A stretch of DNA of 64,000 nucleotides from an uncultured bacterium (GTDB taxonomy: Bacteria; Verrucomicrobiota; Lentisphaeria; Victivallales; UBA1829), in assembly GCA_902762495.1 (NCBI GenBank), contig CACWOL010000006.1, positions 3,771-67,770 of the forward strand, in the 5' to 3' direction. Positions 1-10,490 of the stretch are shown piece by piece (position 1 is the first letter of the stretch; each line of letters starts with the position of its first letter). Both the position numbers and the translations under genes were made by a program. A model generated the notes under the pieces. The model was given only the letters and a program-made list of their open reading frames with translations. It was not told the DNA's origin and did no database searches.

Positions 1-131
1 GCGCGGCGCGCATATTGCTGCACGGCGGGGTTCACGGCGGCGAACGCCTGGACGGAGATCAGGGCGGCCGCGACGGCGCATGATGCTCCGGTGACTGCCT
101 TGAGACTGAGGAACGGGATGTGGAATTTCAT
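1..131 (-). CDS. 5' part of a secreted protein running off the left edge of the window
   Basis: ATG at 131; MKFHIPFLSLKAVTGASCAVAAALISVQAFAA reads as a signal peptide; same strand as the upstream GH95 gene. Confidence 0.55.
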   Translation of the reverse strand, partial: MKFHIPFLSLKAVTGASCAVAAALISVQAFAAVNPAVQQYARR

Positions 132-223
132 AGAGACTTTTCTTTCAACTTGAAATCAGGTTGATGGGGCGATCAGAAAGAAAAACGGCTGCCCCCTCGC
201 GGGAGACAGCCGTGATGTCGTGC

Positions 224-3200
224 TTATTTGAAGTCGGCGGCGGTCAATTCGACCGAGCCCTTTTTTCCGGTGAGGTCGACGGTCTTGCCGTTGTAGCGGG
301 CGACGATCGGGATGCCGGTGAGGTCGGAGATCACGGCCTTGCCGAGCGTGCCGTTGTCCCACTGGATGGCGACCGTGGCGTTGCCGCGCGCCTTCAGGCC
401 GGAGACGTTGCCTTTCGGGAGCGCCTTCGGGAGGCAGGGCAGGACGTCGATGATGGTCTTGCCGTCGGCGGTCGTCTCCTGCGACTGGAGCAGGATCTCG
501 ATCATGCCGGCCGCGCCGCCGAAGTTGCCGTCAATCTGGAACGGCGGATGCGCGTCGAAGAGGTTGTTGTAGGTCTTGTTCGGGTGGATGAGATTGCTGA
601 CGAGCCGCCATGCGCGGTCGCCGTCGAGGAGACGCGCCCACAGGTTGATCTTCCAGCCCATGCTCCAGCCGGTGGCGTCGTCGCCGCGGGCGTTCAGGGA
701 GACCTTCGCGGCGTTGAAGAGATCGGTGTCGCTGGCGCGGATCACGTTGCCGGGGAACACGGTGAAGAGGTGGGAGACATGGCGGTGCTTGTTGTTCGGG
801 TTGTCGTCCGGATGGTCGTCCATCCACTCGCGGAGCTGTCCCCAGGTGCCGATGGTGAACGGCGGGAACTTCTTCATGGTCTCTTCCATCTTGGCGCGGA
901 AATCAGGATCGTCGTTGAGGAGCTTCGAGCTCTCGATGGTGGCCTTGAAGAGCGCGGTCAGGATGCCGGTGTCCATGGTCGGGGAGGCGCAGAGGCCGCC
1001 CTGTTCGGGCGAGTAGGACGGGATGGTGACGAGGACGCCGTTGTGCTTGGGATCGGGCTGGAGGAAGTCGAGGTAGAACTTCACGGATTCCTTCATGACC
1101 GGGTAGTGCTTGCGGAGGTCGTCGAGGTTGCGCGTGAACTGGTAATGGTCCCAGAAGTGGAGGCACAGCCAGGCGCCGCCCATGGGCCACATGCCGGTGG
1201 GCGAGAAGTCGATCGGGCCGCACTGGCGCCAGAGGTCGGTGTTGTGGTGCGCCACCCAGCCGTTGTCGACGTTGTAAAGTTTCTTCGCGGCCTTCTTGCC
1301 GTTCGGGACCATCTCGTGGATCATATCGAAGAGCGGCTCATGGCATTCGGAGAGGTTCGCGGTCTCGGCGGGCCAGTAGTTCATTTCCGCGTTGATGTTG
1401 ATCGTGTACTTGCTCTGCCACGGCACGTTCACCTCTTCGCTCCAGATGCCCTGGAGGTTGGCGGGCTGGCTGCCGGGACGGGAGCTGGCGATCAGCAGGT
1501 AGCGGCCGAACTGGAAGTAGAGGGACGCGAGATCGGGATCGAGCTGGTTGCCGGGCTGACGGCGGGCGTTGAGGCGCTCGTCGGTCGGGAGCTTGGACGG
1601 GGTGCCGCCGAGGTCGAAGGTCACGCGGTCGAAGAGCTTGCGGTAGTCGGCGATGTGGGCCTTTTTCAGGGCGTCGTAGTCGACGGAGGCGAACTTCTTG
1701 AAGACATCGTCGATGCGCTTCGCGGGATCACCGGAGACGTCGTTGTAGGCCTTGAACGAGGATTCGGCGTCGAGCAGGATGACCACGGAGTCGGCCTTTT
1801 CCACGCTGATGCCGCGTTCGCCGGAGACGAGCTTGCCGCCCTTGTTGAACACGCGGCCGGTGATCTGGATGTTCGTCGCGCCCTTGATGCCGTTGTAGTC
1901 GATGGTGCGGCCGGTGAGGGTCATGGTGTTGCCTTCGACCTTGACGGCCTGGAGGTCCTGTGCGGTGCCGATGAAGGCTCCGACTGTGATGCTGGCGGGC
2001 TTGTCGGCGGTCAGGCGCATGGCGACCACGCGGTCCGGGTAGCTGGCGAAGTATTCGCGGGTGTAGGTCACGCCGTTGCGGGTGAATCTGGTCTGGGCGA
2101 CGGCTTCGCGGATATTCAAGCTGTGGATGTAGCCGGAGATGTCACCGTCGCCGGTGTCCTGTTCGAGTCCGAGCGCGCCCGCCACGGAGAACGCCATTTC
2201 GGCGCTGGGACGGGAGATGAAGCTGCTGTTCGCGATGTTTCCGGCCTCGTTCGCCTTGCCGTCGAAGATGAGCTGGCGCATACGGGCGAGCTTCTCGGGG
2301 GAGGCGTCCGGGTTCAGGTGATCGTACGGACCGCCCGCCCAGATCGTGTCCTCGTTGAGGATGAGGTATTCGCGTTCGGGACGGCCGGCGATCATCGCGC
2401 CCATGTGGCCGTTGCCGATCGGGATCATGTCGGTCCAGGTGCCGGGCATGCGGCGGAACCAGACCGTGAGGGGATCTTCGGGAGCCGGGGCGGGGTTGGG
2501 ATCGGCGTCGCCGCGGAGGATGTTCACGTTGCGGACGGGGAAGAGCGGTACGCCGCCGGTGATGGGCTTCGCGGCCTTGACGTCCCAGGAGTAATTGGCT
2601 TTGGCGTCAGCAAATCCTGCGGCTTCGTCGGAATTGGAGTAGAGCTTGGTGATTTCGTCGGCGGAGAGAGCGCGGTCCCACAGGGCCACGTAATTGATGC
2701 TGCCGTTGAACTTGCTGTTGCCGTTTCCGTCCGAGCCGATGGTCATCGCGCGCCAGGTGGGCTCGCCGATCACGTTGTTCGCGCGGCCCTGCACGATGCG
2801 CTGGCCGTTCGCGTACACCTCGAAACGGTGTTCCTTCTGGCTCGCCACGATGATGAGCTTCACGGGCTTGTCCTTCGGCAGGCGCGAGGTATCGATCTGT
2901 GCCGCGCCCTGAACGCCGTTCACGCGGATGCCGCCCTGCTGCGCGGGTTGCTGACCCCAGCCGCCGGGTCCTCCGCCGCCGGGACGTCCCCCGCCGAATC
3001 CGCCGCGTCCGCCGCCACCGCCGGCAGAAACGGAGAAGCCGCAGCTTCCGCCCTGCTGGTTCAGCAGCGTGCCGGTCCAGTTGTCGCTTTCGGCGGTAAT
3101 GGCGATGGTCATTTCGTGCGGAGTTGAAAGCAGACGTCCGACGGGCGTGGAAAGAGGCTGCGAGGGTTCCGCCGCGACGGACGAGAGCGCGGCGAAGGCC

Positions 3201-3232
3201 ACCAGAGCCGAACAGAGCAGGAAGCGTTTCAT
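224..3232 (-). CDS. GH95 alpha-1,2-L-fucosidase with signal peptide and N-terminal LamG/ConA-like domain
   Basis: GH95 motifs PIGNGHMGAMI, LNEDTIWAGGP, YFQFGRYLLIASSR, ANLQGIW, YTININAEMNYWPAE, HRHVSHL, HPPFQIDGNFGGAAGMIEILLQS; LamG-like FNGSINYVALWDRALSADEI. Confidence 0.92.
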   Translation of the reverse strand: MKRFLLCSALVAFAALSSVAAEPSQPLSTPVGRLLSTPHEMTIAITAESDNWTGTLLNQQGGSCGFSVSAGGGGGRGGFGGGRPGGGGPGGWGQQPAQQGGIRVNGVQGAAQIDTSRLPKDKPVKLIIVASQKEHRFEVYANGQRIVQGRANNVIGEPTWRAMTIGSDGNGNSKFNGSINYVALWDRALSADEITKLYSNSDEAAGFADAKANYSWDVKAAKPITGGVPLFPVRNVNILRGDADPNPAPAPEDPLTVWFRRMPGTWTDMIPIGNGHMGAMIAGRPEREYLILNEDTIWAGGPYDHLNPDASPEKLARMRQLIFDGKANEAGNIANSSFISRPSAEMAFSVAGALGLEQDTGDGDISGYIHSLNIREAVAQTRFTRNGVTYTREYFASYPDRVVAMRLTADKPASITVGAFIGTAQDLQAVKVEGNTMTLTGRTIDYNGIKGATNIQITGRVFNKGGKLVSGERGISVEKADSVVILLDAESSFKAYNDVSGDPAKRIDDVFKKFASVDYDALKKAHIADYRKLFDRVTFDLGGTPSKLPTDERLNARRQPGNQLDPDLASLYFQFGRYLLIASSRPGSQPANLQGIWSEEVNVPWQSKYTININAEMNYWPAETANLSECHEPLFDMIHEMVPNGKKAAKKLYNVDNGWVAHHNTDLWRQCGPIDFSPTGMWPMGGAWLCLHFWDHYQFTRNLDDLRKHYPVMKESVKFYLDFLQPDPKHNGVLVTIPSYSPEQGGLCASPTMDTGILTALFKATIESSKLLNDDPDFRAKMEETMKKFPPFTIGTWGQLREWMDDHPDDNPNNKHRHVSHLFTVFPGNVIRASDTDLFNAAKVSLNARGDDATGWSMGWKINLWARLLDGDRAWRLVSNLIHPNKTYNNLFDAHPPFQIDGNFGGAAGMIEILLQSQETTADGKTIIDVLPCLPKALPKGNVSGLKARGNATVAIQWDNGTLGKAVISDLTGIPIVARYNGKTVDLTGKKGSVELTAADFK

Positions 3233-3408
3233 GATAAATCTCCTTGAAACTTGAGGTTATGTTTGGGTTTCAAGGGGAATATAGCATGGAATCAAGCCGT
3301 TTTCAAGACATTTTCCGACCTTTTAAATAAATTTGATGCTTTTTTTCGGGAAAGAAACGTTAGTAACGTTCCTTGTTCGTGTATTGGCCTGAACGAAAAA
3401 GCGCGACG

Positions 3409-4077
3409 TTACTGCATCATTTCGCTGCCGGTTTCCTTCGTCAATGCGTTAATTCGTTTCGCGAACTCGGGCGTGGTGGCAAAACACGGGAAGTAATTCC
3501 CCTTCCACCAGATGGTGCGGGTCGTGGGATAGACGTTCCCGAACCACGTGCTCCCCTGGAGCAGCATCACGCCGTAGACATAGATGCGCCCGAACTGCTG
3601 CGGCTGCGCCACGACGCCCCCGTCCCACGAGGCCGCCCATCCGAGCGTGCCGTTGGTCAGCTCCGTGATGGATGTGAGGGAGATCCGGCCGGGAGAGCCT
3701 GGCAGTACGATCGGTGCGTCCGCGGGGACCAGGATGCCGCCGCCGGAACTGCTTGCGGGCGGAAGGTTGTCTCCCGCGACCGCGGGGCCGGAGAAGAACC
3801 AGCCGGGTTTCGCATCGAGCATCAGACGGTCGCGCATCTGCCACATCAGGGCGTCGCGCGATTCCGGTGTGAGGTCGGAAAAACTGACGGTTTTCGTGGT
3901 GGTGCTGCCGTCCGGCAGGCGTCCGGTCACGATGAAGCGGGAGCCGGATATGCTGTCGATGGTTGCGTTTTCGAGCGTGACGCCGTTGAGCAGCCGGATC
4001 ACGAAGTCGGACGGCGGCGCGGCGGTCAGGACGGTGCAGACGAGCGTCAGCACGACGGACAATAAGACGTGTTTCAT
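3409..4077 (-). CDS. Hypothetical exported protein
   Basis: 222-aa ORF with N-terminal signal peptide (MKHVLLSVVLTLVCTVLTA); follows batDE. Confidence 0.6.
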   Translation of the reverse strand: MKHVLLSVVLTLVCTVLTAAPPSDFVIRLLNGVTLENATIDSISGSRFIVTGRLPDGSTTTKTVSFSDLTPESRDALMWQMRDRLMLDAKPGWFFSGPAVAGDNLPPASSSGGGILVPADAPIVLPGSPGRISLTSITELTNGTLGWAASWDGGVVAQPQQFGRIYVYGVMLLQGSTWFGNVYPTTRTIWWKGNYFPCFATTPEFAKRINALTKETGSEMMQ

Positions 4078-4110
4078 GTTACCCCTCCTTTTTTTGATGC
4101 CCGTTTGAGC

Positions 4111-6705
4111 TTACTGCGCGGCGTCGGTGTGCACCGCCAGGTCGCCGGGCGAATTGCTCCAAAGAAGCGCCAGGTTCGCGCCGCGCACCCAGCCCTCGTC
4201 GTTGTTTTCCAGCCGCACGCGCACCCAGTCCATACGGTTCTCCTCGATGGAGACCTCCGTGCCGGGTTTCAGGTACTGTTCCACGCGCCCGGATTCGGCG
4301 GACGGCAGGCTGTACAGCGGCGTATTGCGGACGATCACGACGGCCTCGCGCGCAGGATCGTCGGCGGACACCTTCGCGATGAGCGCGGCCGAGCAGATCA
4401 TGACGACCACGATCCCAGCATAGAACGGCCATTGCCACAGGTTCGAATGGCGCTGGAAGAACATCCCGAGGGCGATCAGCACGAGCGCGAGTCCGCACGC
4501 GCAGGCCACGAGCCATTCGTCCACGCGCAGGAAATCGCGCGCCGCGAGCATGAAGTCCGCGGGCGATTCCACGCGGTATTTCGGCGGAAGAAGCAGTTTC
4601 CGGCGCGTCAGCTCCAGATTCCCGGTGATGTCCGAGTCGCGCGGCTGGAGATAATGGGCGCGTTCATAGCAGACCAGGGCGCGCGGGTAGTCGCCGAGCT
4701 GGTAGAAGCAGTTGCCCATATTGTAGAGCAAGGCGGGCGAGACGCTCCGCGGGTCGATCTTCGAGGCGTAGTAGTCGAGAGCATGCCGGAACTGTCCCGC
4801 ATCGTAGGCTGTTTTCGCCTCGTCCTGTGTCTTCGGAAGCACGGTTTCAGCGGAAACGGACTTGTCCGCCTGTGCGGCCTCCTCTTCGGCGGCGGATGCG
4901 GGCAGGGCGAGGCAGAGCGCGCCCAGGATGAACACGATCGCGCCGAACTTGCGGACCGCGGACGCGAGCTGTTTGCGGAATTTCTCGTTGAGCTGGTCGC
5001 GGAGCGACGGCATCCAGGCGATATTCGCGAGGTCTTCGAGCTGACGGCCGAGTTCCGGCGCGGTTTCCTTCACGCGGGACGCGGTCTCGCCGAGCGCGGT
5101 TCCCGGCGGCAGATCCAGCATGTCGTTGAAGAACGCGGTCAGGTCGGCGCCGACTTTGTCGGGCAGATCCTGAGGCGGCGTTTTTTCGATGGCGGACGCC
5201 AGGTTGCCCCTGCGGGCGCGGGCGTCGATGCGTCTGCGGGCGGAAGGATCGGATTCGAGGGATCGTTTCCGTGCGGCGACGGTCGCGCTTCCTCCTGCAT
5301 AGGTGAGCCCGGCGAGGAGCAGTCCGAGCGAGATCCAGAGCGCGTTCACGGCCAGCGGGATCGCGATGCGTCCGCCGTCGTTTTCGTCGTGCAGATACAG
5401 AATGCTTTCCGGCGTCGGCGTCGCGCCTTGAGAATTCATCAGGTCGGGATCGGCGTTCACGACCGCGGCGCCGGCCGGGAGAGCGGCCACGCCGGACGCG
5501 GCCTTGTCCACCGTGATGGTTTCCTTGAAGCTGAAGGGGATGTACTGGCCGGATGCGGGATCGAACGTGGAGCATTTGAGGGAAATGGTCTGTTCGCCCG
5601 CCTCGAGCGGGATGAGGATGCAGCTCACGGAGACACCGGACGCCGTTTCCTTGGTTTCCGGCGGATATGCGCGGAAATGCTCCGGTTCGATCTTCGGCAT
5701 GTTCAGCATTTCGGTCTGGTCCTCGCCCGTGAAATTGAACTTCAGGCTCAGCGGCTCCCCGATGCGGTACGGGCCGGGCGACAGGGACGCCTCCGGGGCC
5801 CATTTCCCGATGAGTCCGACGAACGGTGCGTTCGCGGGCGCGGCAGGGAGAGGCTTGATCGTGATGGTCGGCGATGCGCCGCGGATGGTCTGCCGGGTCG
5901 AGGTGAATGCGGAGAAGAAGTCGCGTTCGTCAAGCAGGACGACCGCCGTGTCCGCGACGAGCTGGAGTTCGCCGGGCGCGAGCGCGCGGAACCTGGTGTC
6001 GAAATCGTACACGGTGTACGGTATGTTTCCGAGGCGCTGGTTGTGGCTGGAGACGGACTCGAAATTCGGCGCTTCCGGGTTGATCTTGCGGAAATCGTGG
6101 AACCGGATTGCCATTTTTCCGTTGGCGGGCTTGATCTCCGGGTAGTTCGCGAGGCGGAGCTCGTAGGGGGTGCGCACGAAAATCGAAAGCTGGAGCGGGA
6201 TCTCCTCGCCGACCCAGAACGCCGGCGTCTTGTTTTCCGAGACGCCGGGGAAGGTCATGCGGGCGTAGACCGGTTCGTTGGCGTTCACCTGCGAGGGGTC
6301 GATCTTCGGCATGGCAGAAACGCGGATCTTGATCGGTTCGGTCTTCTCCGGCTGGCGCGTGTTGCCGTTCACGATGACCTCGAACGACGGGATCGTGAAT
6401 TCGCCTTCCTCGCGGGCGGTGAACGGGATGCGGAGCGTATATTTCGACGAGGTCACGCCGTTGACGACGGACATGCTGGAGCCGCTGGAGATGCCGCTGC
6501 TCCATTCCAGCCCGGAGACGCGGCCCGGCATCCGGTTGACCTGGAGACGGCTCACGTTCTCGGCGGAGATTTCGACGTAGCCCCGCATGCCGACGGTGAT
6601 GTTTCGCGGCTGAACGGAGACTTTCAGGTCGGCAGCCGCGGCCGTGAACGCGAAGAGAAAGAGGAAGAAAGCGGCGAATCGGAGAATCAAATATTTGTTC
6701 AGCAT
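4111..6705 (-). CDS. batD: BatD-BatE fusion (BatD repeats, TM segment, TPR, C-terminal SH3b)
   Basis: Signal peptide; BatD-like beta domains; TPR (ALLYNMGNCFYQLGDYPRALVCYERA); SH3 (DWVRVRLENNDEGWV); start moved to ATG 6705. Confidence 0.75.
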   Translation of the reverse strand: MLNKYLILRFAAFFLFLFAFTAAAADLKVSVQPRNITVGMRGYVEISAENVSRLQVNRMPGRVSGLEWSSGISSGSSMSVVNGVTSSKYTLRIPFTAREEGEFTIPSFEVIVNGNTRQPEKTEPIKIRVSAMPKIDPSQVNANEPVYARMTFPGVSENKTPAFWVGEEIPLQLSIFVRTPYELRLANYPEIKPANGKMAIRFHDFRKINPEAPNFESVSSHNQRLGNIPYTVYDFDTRFRALAPGELQLVADTAVVLLDERDFFSAFTSTRQTIRGASPTITIKPLPAAPANAPFVGLIGKWAPEASLSPGPYRIGEPLSLKFNFTGEDQTEMLNMPKIEPEHFRAYPPETKETASGVSVSCILIPLEAGEQTISLKCSTFDPASGQYIPFSFKETITVDKAASGVAALPAGAAVVNADPDLMNSQGATPTPESILYLHDENDGGRIAIPLAVNALWISLGLLLAGLTYAGGSATVAARKRSLESDPSARRRIDARARRGNLASAIEKTPPQDLPDKVGADLTAFFNDMLDLPPGTALGETASRVKETAPELGRQLEDLANIAWMPSLRDQLNEKFRKQLASAVRKFGAIVFILGALCLALPASAAEEEAAQADKSVSAETVLPKTQDEAKTAYDAGQFRHALDYYASKIDPRSVSPALLYNMGNCFYQLGDYPRALVCYERAHYLQPRDSDITGNLELTRRKLLLPPKYRVESPADFMLAARDFLRVDEWLVACACGLALVLIALGMFFQRHSNLWQWPFYAGIVVVMICSAALIAKVSADDPAREAVVIVRNTPLYSLPSAESGRVEQYLKPGTEVSIEENRMDWVRVRLENNDEGWVRGANLALLWSNSPGDLAVHTDAAQ

Positions 6706-6709
6706 GGTG

Positions 6710-8995
6710 TTACCAGTCCTTTTCCACACGGTTGTTCATGCGGGCCGGACGCTGCAGCTGGTTGGCGTCCTTGTAGTCAAGCTCGTCTTTCGACATCATA
6801 TCAAGAATGGCTTCCGCCTGTTGTTTTTCGATGTCGCCGAGTTCGCCCGGCGCTTCCTGCGCGTTCGTCTGGCTCTGCTCGCCCTGCGGTTGCTGATCCT
6901 GTTCGCCCTGCTGTTCGTCCTGTTCCTCTTCGCCCTGATCGCCGGACTGCTGCTGGTCCTGATTGTCTTTTTCGCCCTGCTGGTCCTGCTGGTTCAAGGT
7001 CTCGAGCGCGTTCTTCAGGTGTTCCTCGGCCTTTTCGCCGTTGCCCTGCTCCTGTTCTTCGCGTGCTTTCTGAAGTTCCTCGCGCGCCTGCTGGGCGGCC
7101 TGTCTCCGGTTTTCCTGATTCATTTCGGACGCCTTCTGTTCCAGCTCGGAAGCCGTGTCTTCGGCCTGTTTGGTCATGTCCTGTGCGGACTGCTGGTCCT
7201 GTCCTTCGGATTGTTGATTCTGAGAAGACTGCTGTTGCTGGTCCTGTTGATCTTCGGATTGCTGGTCCTGCTGCTGGTTTTGTCCTTCGGACTGCTGCTG
7301 TTGAGAGGACTGCTGTTCCTGATTATGTTCGTTTTGCTGCTGCTGATCCTCGGACTGCTGCTGGTCCTGCCGGTTCTCCTGCTGTTGCTGGTCGAGCGCC
7401 TGCTGCGTCTGCTGGCGCGCCTGTTCCATGAGCTTCTTCAGCTCTTCGATCTGTTTCTTCATCTCCTCGGCCTGCTTGCGGTCGGCGAGAAGGATCTGCT
7501 GGTTGCGGATGACGGATGCGTCGCCGGCGGCGGAACGCATGCTTTCGCGATAAAGCTCCTCGGCGAGGTTTAGCTTGGTCAGGGCCTCGCCGACTTCCTT
7601 TTCGGCGGAGTTGAGGTCCTGCGCCTGAAGCTTTCCGGCCGCGCCCTCCATGCTGGAACGCGCGTCGAGGTGGGAGATCACGCCGATATTCTGATATGAA
7701 GAGGCGCGCACGAGCGGTTCCTTTTCGGACGCGGCAATGGCGCGCTCATAGAACGAACGGGCCTTTTCGTCGTCGTGCTCTACCTGCTGCTGTTCCAGCC
7801 CGCTGTTATAGAGTTCGGATGCCGATTTGACTGGCTCCGGCGCTGTTTCTTCCGAGGCGGCGGTTTCATTGTCGGCGGGCGCGGTCTGCGTCTGCTGGAT
7901 TTGAGCAGGCGCTTGTGCAGCCTGTGCGCTGGATTCCGTCGGCATGGCGAAAAGCAGAAGCGCGCCGAGCGCAAGGATCATCTGAGCGGAACGCGGACGC
8001 GTCTCGGAGACGCAGAAGAAGAGCGCGAGCAGGATGATCGCGGCTGTGAGCGGATAGGCGGGGCGTTCGATGGGCCGGAACGCTGAAACGGCGTTTTCGC
8101 TCTCCTTGCGGTCGAGCGCTTTGATGCGCGTTTCAAGTTCGTCGATACCGCTGTATGCGGCGGTGGAACGGACATAGATGCCTCCGGTGCGGCGTGCGAG
8201 TTCGGTCAGCTGCGGTTCGTTGAGCGGACTTTTGACCGGATTTCCCTCGCGGTCCGTAAGGATGCGGAGTTTGCCGTCCTCGTCCGGGATGCGGATGACC
8301 GCCGGATTCGACGGATCGCCGACGCCGACCGCGAAGATCGGGATCTGCGCCTTGGAAAGATCGTTGACGACCGCCGCGCCGCGTCCGGTGAGCTCGTCGC
8401 CGTCGGTCACGAGGATGACGGCCTTATGCGTGCCCTGCGCACCTTCGAACGCCTTGACGGCCTCCTCAAGCGCGAGCTGGACGTTTGTACCGCCGACCGG
8501 GATCGTGTCGACGTCGAGGTCGTCCACGAGCTGGATGAAGCTCGCCCGGTCCACGGTCAGCGGGCAGACCAGGAAGGACTCGCCCGCGAACGCGATCAGG
8601 CCGAAGCGGTCGCCCGGATTCTTCTTTACGATTTCGCGCACGAGCCATTTCGCGTGGTCCATGCGGCTCGGCTTCACGTCGTCGGAGAGCATGCTTTTCG
8701 AGACGTCGAACACCACGAGCAGGTCACGCCCGGTGCTGGTGTCATGCATGAGTTGTTTGCCCCATGACGGACGTGCGGCGGCGACGGCCAGAAGCAGCAC
8801 GACAAGCGTAAGCAGGATGACGCGGAAGACGCGTTTGCCGGACGATGCGTTGGAGAACCGGGCGATGCGTTCGTCCGTGCCAAACATTTTACGAAGAAGT
8901 CCGGTCCGGCGAACGCCGCCGGCAATGGCCAGAACGAGGATCAAAGGAATGATCCATAGTAAATTCCATAATATGTTGCCGCTGAGAAATGACAT
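6710..8995 (-). CDS. batB: BatB (VWA)-BatC (TPR, Gln-rich) fusion
   Basis: BatA-type N-terminal TM; MIDAS DVSKSM; GLIAFAG, LVTDGD; TPR segment; Q-rich linker; C-terminal EKDW typical of BatC. Confidence 0.75.
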   Translation of the reverse strand: MSFLSGNILWNLLWIIPLILVLAIAGGVRRTGLLRKMFGTDERIARFSNASSGKRVFRVILLTLVVLLLAVAAARPSWGKQLMHDTSTGRDLLVVFDVSKSMLSDDVKPSRMDHAKWLVREIVKKNPGDRFGLIAFAGESFLVCPLTVDRASFIQLVDDLDVDTIPVGGTNVQLALEEAVKAFEGAQGTHKAVILVTDGDELTGRGAAVVNDLSKAQIPIFAVGVGDPSNPAVIRIPDEDGKLRILTDREGNPVKSPLNEPQLTELARRTGGIYVRSTAAYSGIDELETRIKALDRKESENAVSAFRPIERPAYPLTAAIILLALFFCVSETRPRSAQMILALGALLLFAMPTESSAQAAQAPAQIQQTQTAPADNETAASEETAPEPVKSASELYNSGLEQQQVEHDDEKARSFYERAIAASEKEPLVRASSYQNIGVISHLDARSSMEGAAGKLQAQDLNSAEKEVGEALTKLNLAEELYRESMRSAAGDASVIRNQQILLADRKQAEEMKKQIEELKKLMEQARQQTQQALDQQQQENRQDQQQSEDQQQQNEHNQEQQSSQQQQSEGQNQQQDQQSEDQQDQQQQSSQNQQSEGQDQQSAQDMTKQAEDTASELEQKASEMNQENRRQAAQQAREELQKAREEQEQGNGEKAEEHLKNALETLNQQDQQGEKDNQDQQQSGDQGEEEQDEQQGEQDQQPQGEQSQTNAQEAPGELGDIEKQQAEAILDMMSKDELDYKDANQLQRPARMNNRVEKDW

Positions 8996-9104
8996 GTCGC
9001 AATACTTCTTTCGGGCGGGTTCCGCCGTTCCGTTGATGGTTCAGATGGTTGACGCCCGGTTTCTTGGGGGAACAGAATGTCCGGCGTCAATCCTTTTAGA
9101 CACG

Positions 9105-10490
9105 CTATTTCGCGGTTTGTTCCATCACGGCATCCCCCGGTGTCGCAAATTTCCGGCACAGGACCTTGAACTGGTCGCCGCGGTCTTTATAATCGCGGAA
9201 CATGTCCATGCTGGCTGTCGCGGGCGACAGCAGGACCACATCGCCGGCCTTCGCGGCGGCAACGGATTTTTCGACCGCTTCGGGGAATGTCGCGCACATG
9301 GAAAAAGGAATAGAGTTCTTTTCGAGATACGCGGCGATCTTCTGTCCGCACGAACCGAAGACGACGGCATGTTTGAGGTGTTTCAGACTCGGCGCGAGTT
9401 CTTCGAAATCCATGTCCTTGTCCAGTCCGCCGAGTAGGATGACCACGTTGTGTTCGCCTCCGACCGAAGCCAGCGCTGCGTTCACGGCATGCGGATTGGT
9501 CGCCTTCGAATCATTGATGTACTGCACGCCTTTTGCGGTCAGGAAGCGTTCCAGTCTATGCGGGCCGGACTCGAATTTCACGAGGGCATCGATCACGGAC
9601 GGATCGAACACGGCGTTTTCACCCTTTACAGAAGCAAGTAGCGCGAGCGCGGCGAGCGCGTTCTCCAAATTATGAATACCTTTCAGCGCGAGTTTTTCAA
9701 CTGGGACTATGGTGCGTCCGCGAAAAGAAAGCATGCCGTCCCGCACCGTGAAATCGGCAGGCAAATTCGCCGAGAACGTAAAAAGCTTCTGTTCGGGGGC
9801 GGCGGATCGGAAACGGTTGAGGATGAGCGAGTTCAATGCGCAGACGGCGGCGGGGTCGCCGAGCAGTTTGAATTTGGCGGCGGCGTACGCCTCCATGCTG
9901 CCGTGACGGTCGATATGGTCGGACGCCAGGTTCAGGACCGCCGCGGCAGCCGGATGCGGCACGGGCATGATCTCGAGCTGGAACGAACTGATCTCGACGA
10001 TGGGGAGATCGAGCTTGCCGTCGAGGCAGTCGATCGCGGCATCGCTCATGGCATATCCGTTATTGCCGCAGGCGCATGCCCGGACTCCGGCGGCGCGGAA
10101 AAGCTCCGCGGTCAGCTCGGTCGTGGTTGTCTTGCCGTTGGTCCCGGTGATGCCGACGAACGGTTTCCCGCAGGACTCGAGCGCGAACTCAAGTTCGCCG
10201 ACGAGACGGCCGGAGACTTCCGCGAGTTTCGCCCGGACGGGGTTCCCGGCGCGGAATCCGGGGCTCAATACTGTGCGTTCGAAGCGGGGAAGTGCATCTT
10301 GCGCATGGAATCCGAAGAAGACGGCTTCGGGCTGTTTCGGGAGGGATGCGGCGAACGTCCGCAGGGAATCGTTGTCCTGTTCGTCGAGCAGCGCGAACGG
10401 GATGCCGAGGCGGGCGGCGAGTCTGGCGGCGGCGCGGCCGCTGACGCCGCATCCGGCGATGAGCGTCATGCCGCAGGGTTCATTGGTCAT
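9105..10490 (-). CDS. murD: UDP-N-acetylmuramoyl-L-alanine--D-glutamate ligase
   Basis: GITGTNGKTTT, EISSFQLE, DHIDRH, NDSKATN, LSPATASMDMFRDYKDRG; start overlaps the upstream stop (ATGA). Confidence 0.92.
   Translation of the reverse strand: MTNEPCGMTLIAGCGVSGRAAARLAARLGIPFALLDEQDNDSLRTFAASLPKQPEAVFFGFHAQDALPRFERTVLSPGFRAGNPVRAKLAEVSGRLVGELEFALESCGKPFVGITGTNGKTTTTELTAELFRAAGVRACACGNNGYAMSDAAIDCLDGKLDLPIVEISSFQLEIMPVPHPAAAAVLNLASDHIDRHGSMEAYAAAKFKLLGDPAAVCALNSLILNRFRSAAPEQKLFTFSANLPADFTVRDGMLSFRGRTIVPVEKLALKGIHNLENALAALALLASVKGENAVFDPSVIDALVKFESGPHRLERFLTAKGVQYINDSKATNPHAVNAALASVGGEHNVVILLGGLDKDMDFEELAPSLKHLKHAVVFGSCGQKIAAYLEKNSIPFSMCATFPEAVEKSVAAAKAGDVVLLSPATASMDMFRDYKDRGDQFKVLCRKFATPGDAVMEQTAK

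Noticed and set aside
7150-7420. Dense CAG/CTG-rich repeats
   Set aside because: They encode the Gln-rich linker expected in BatC
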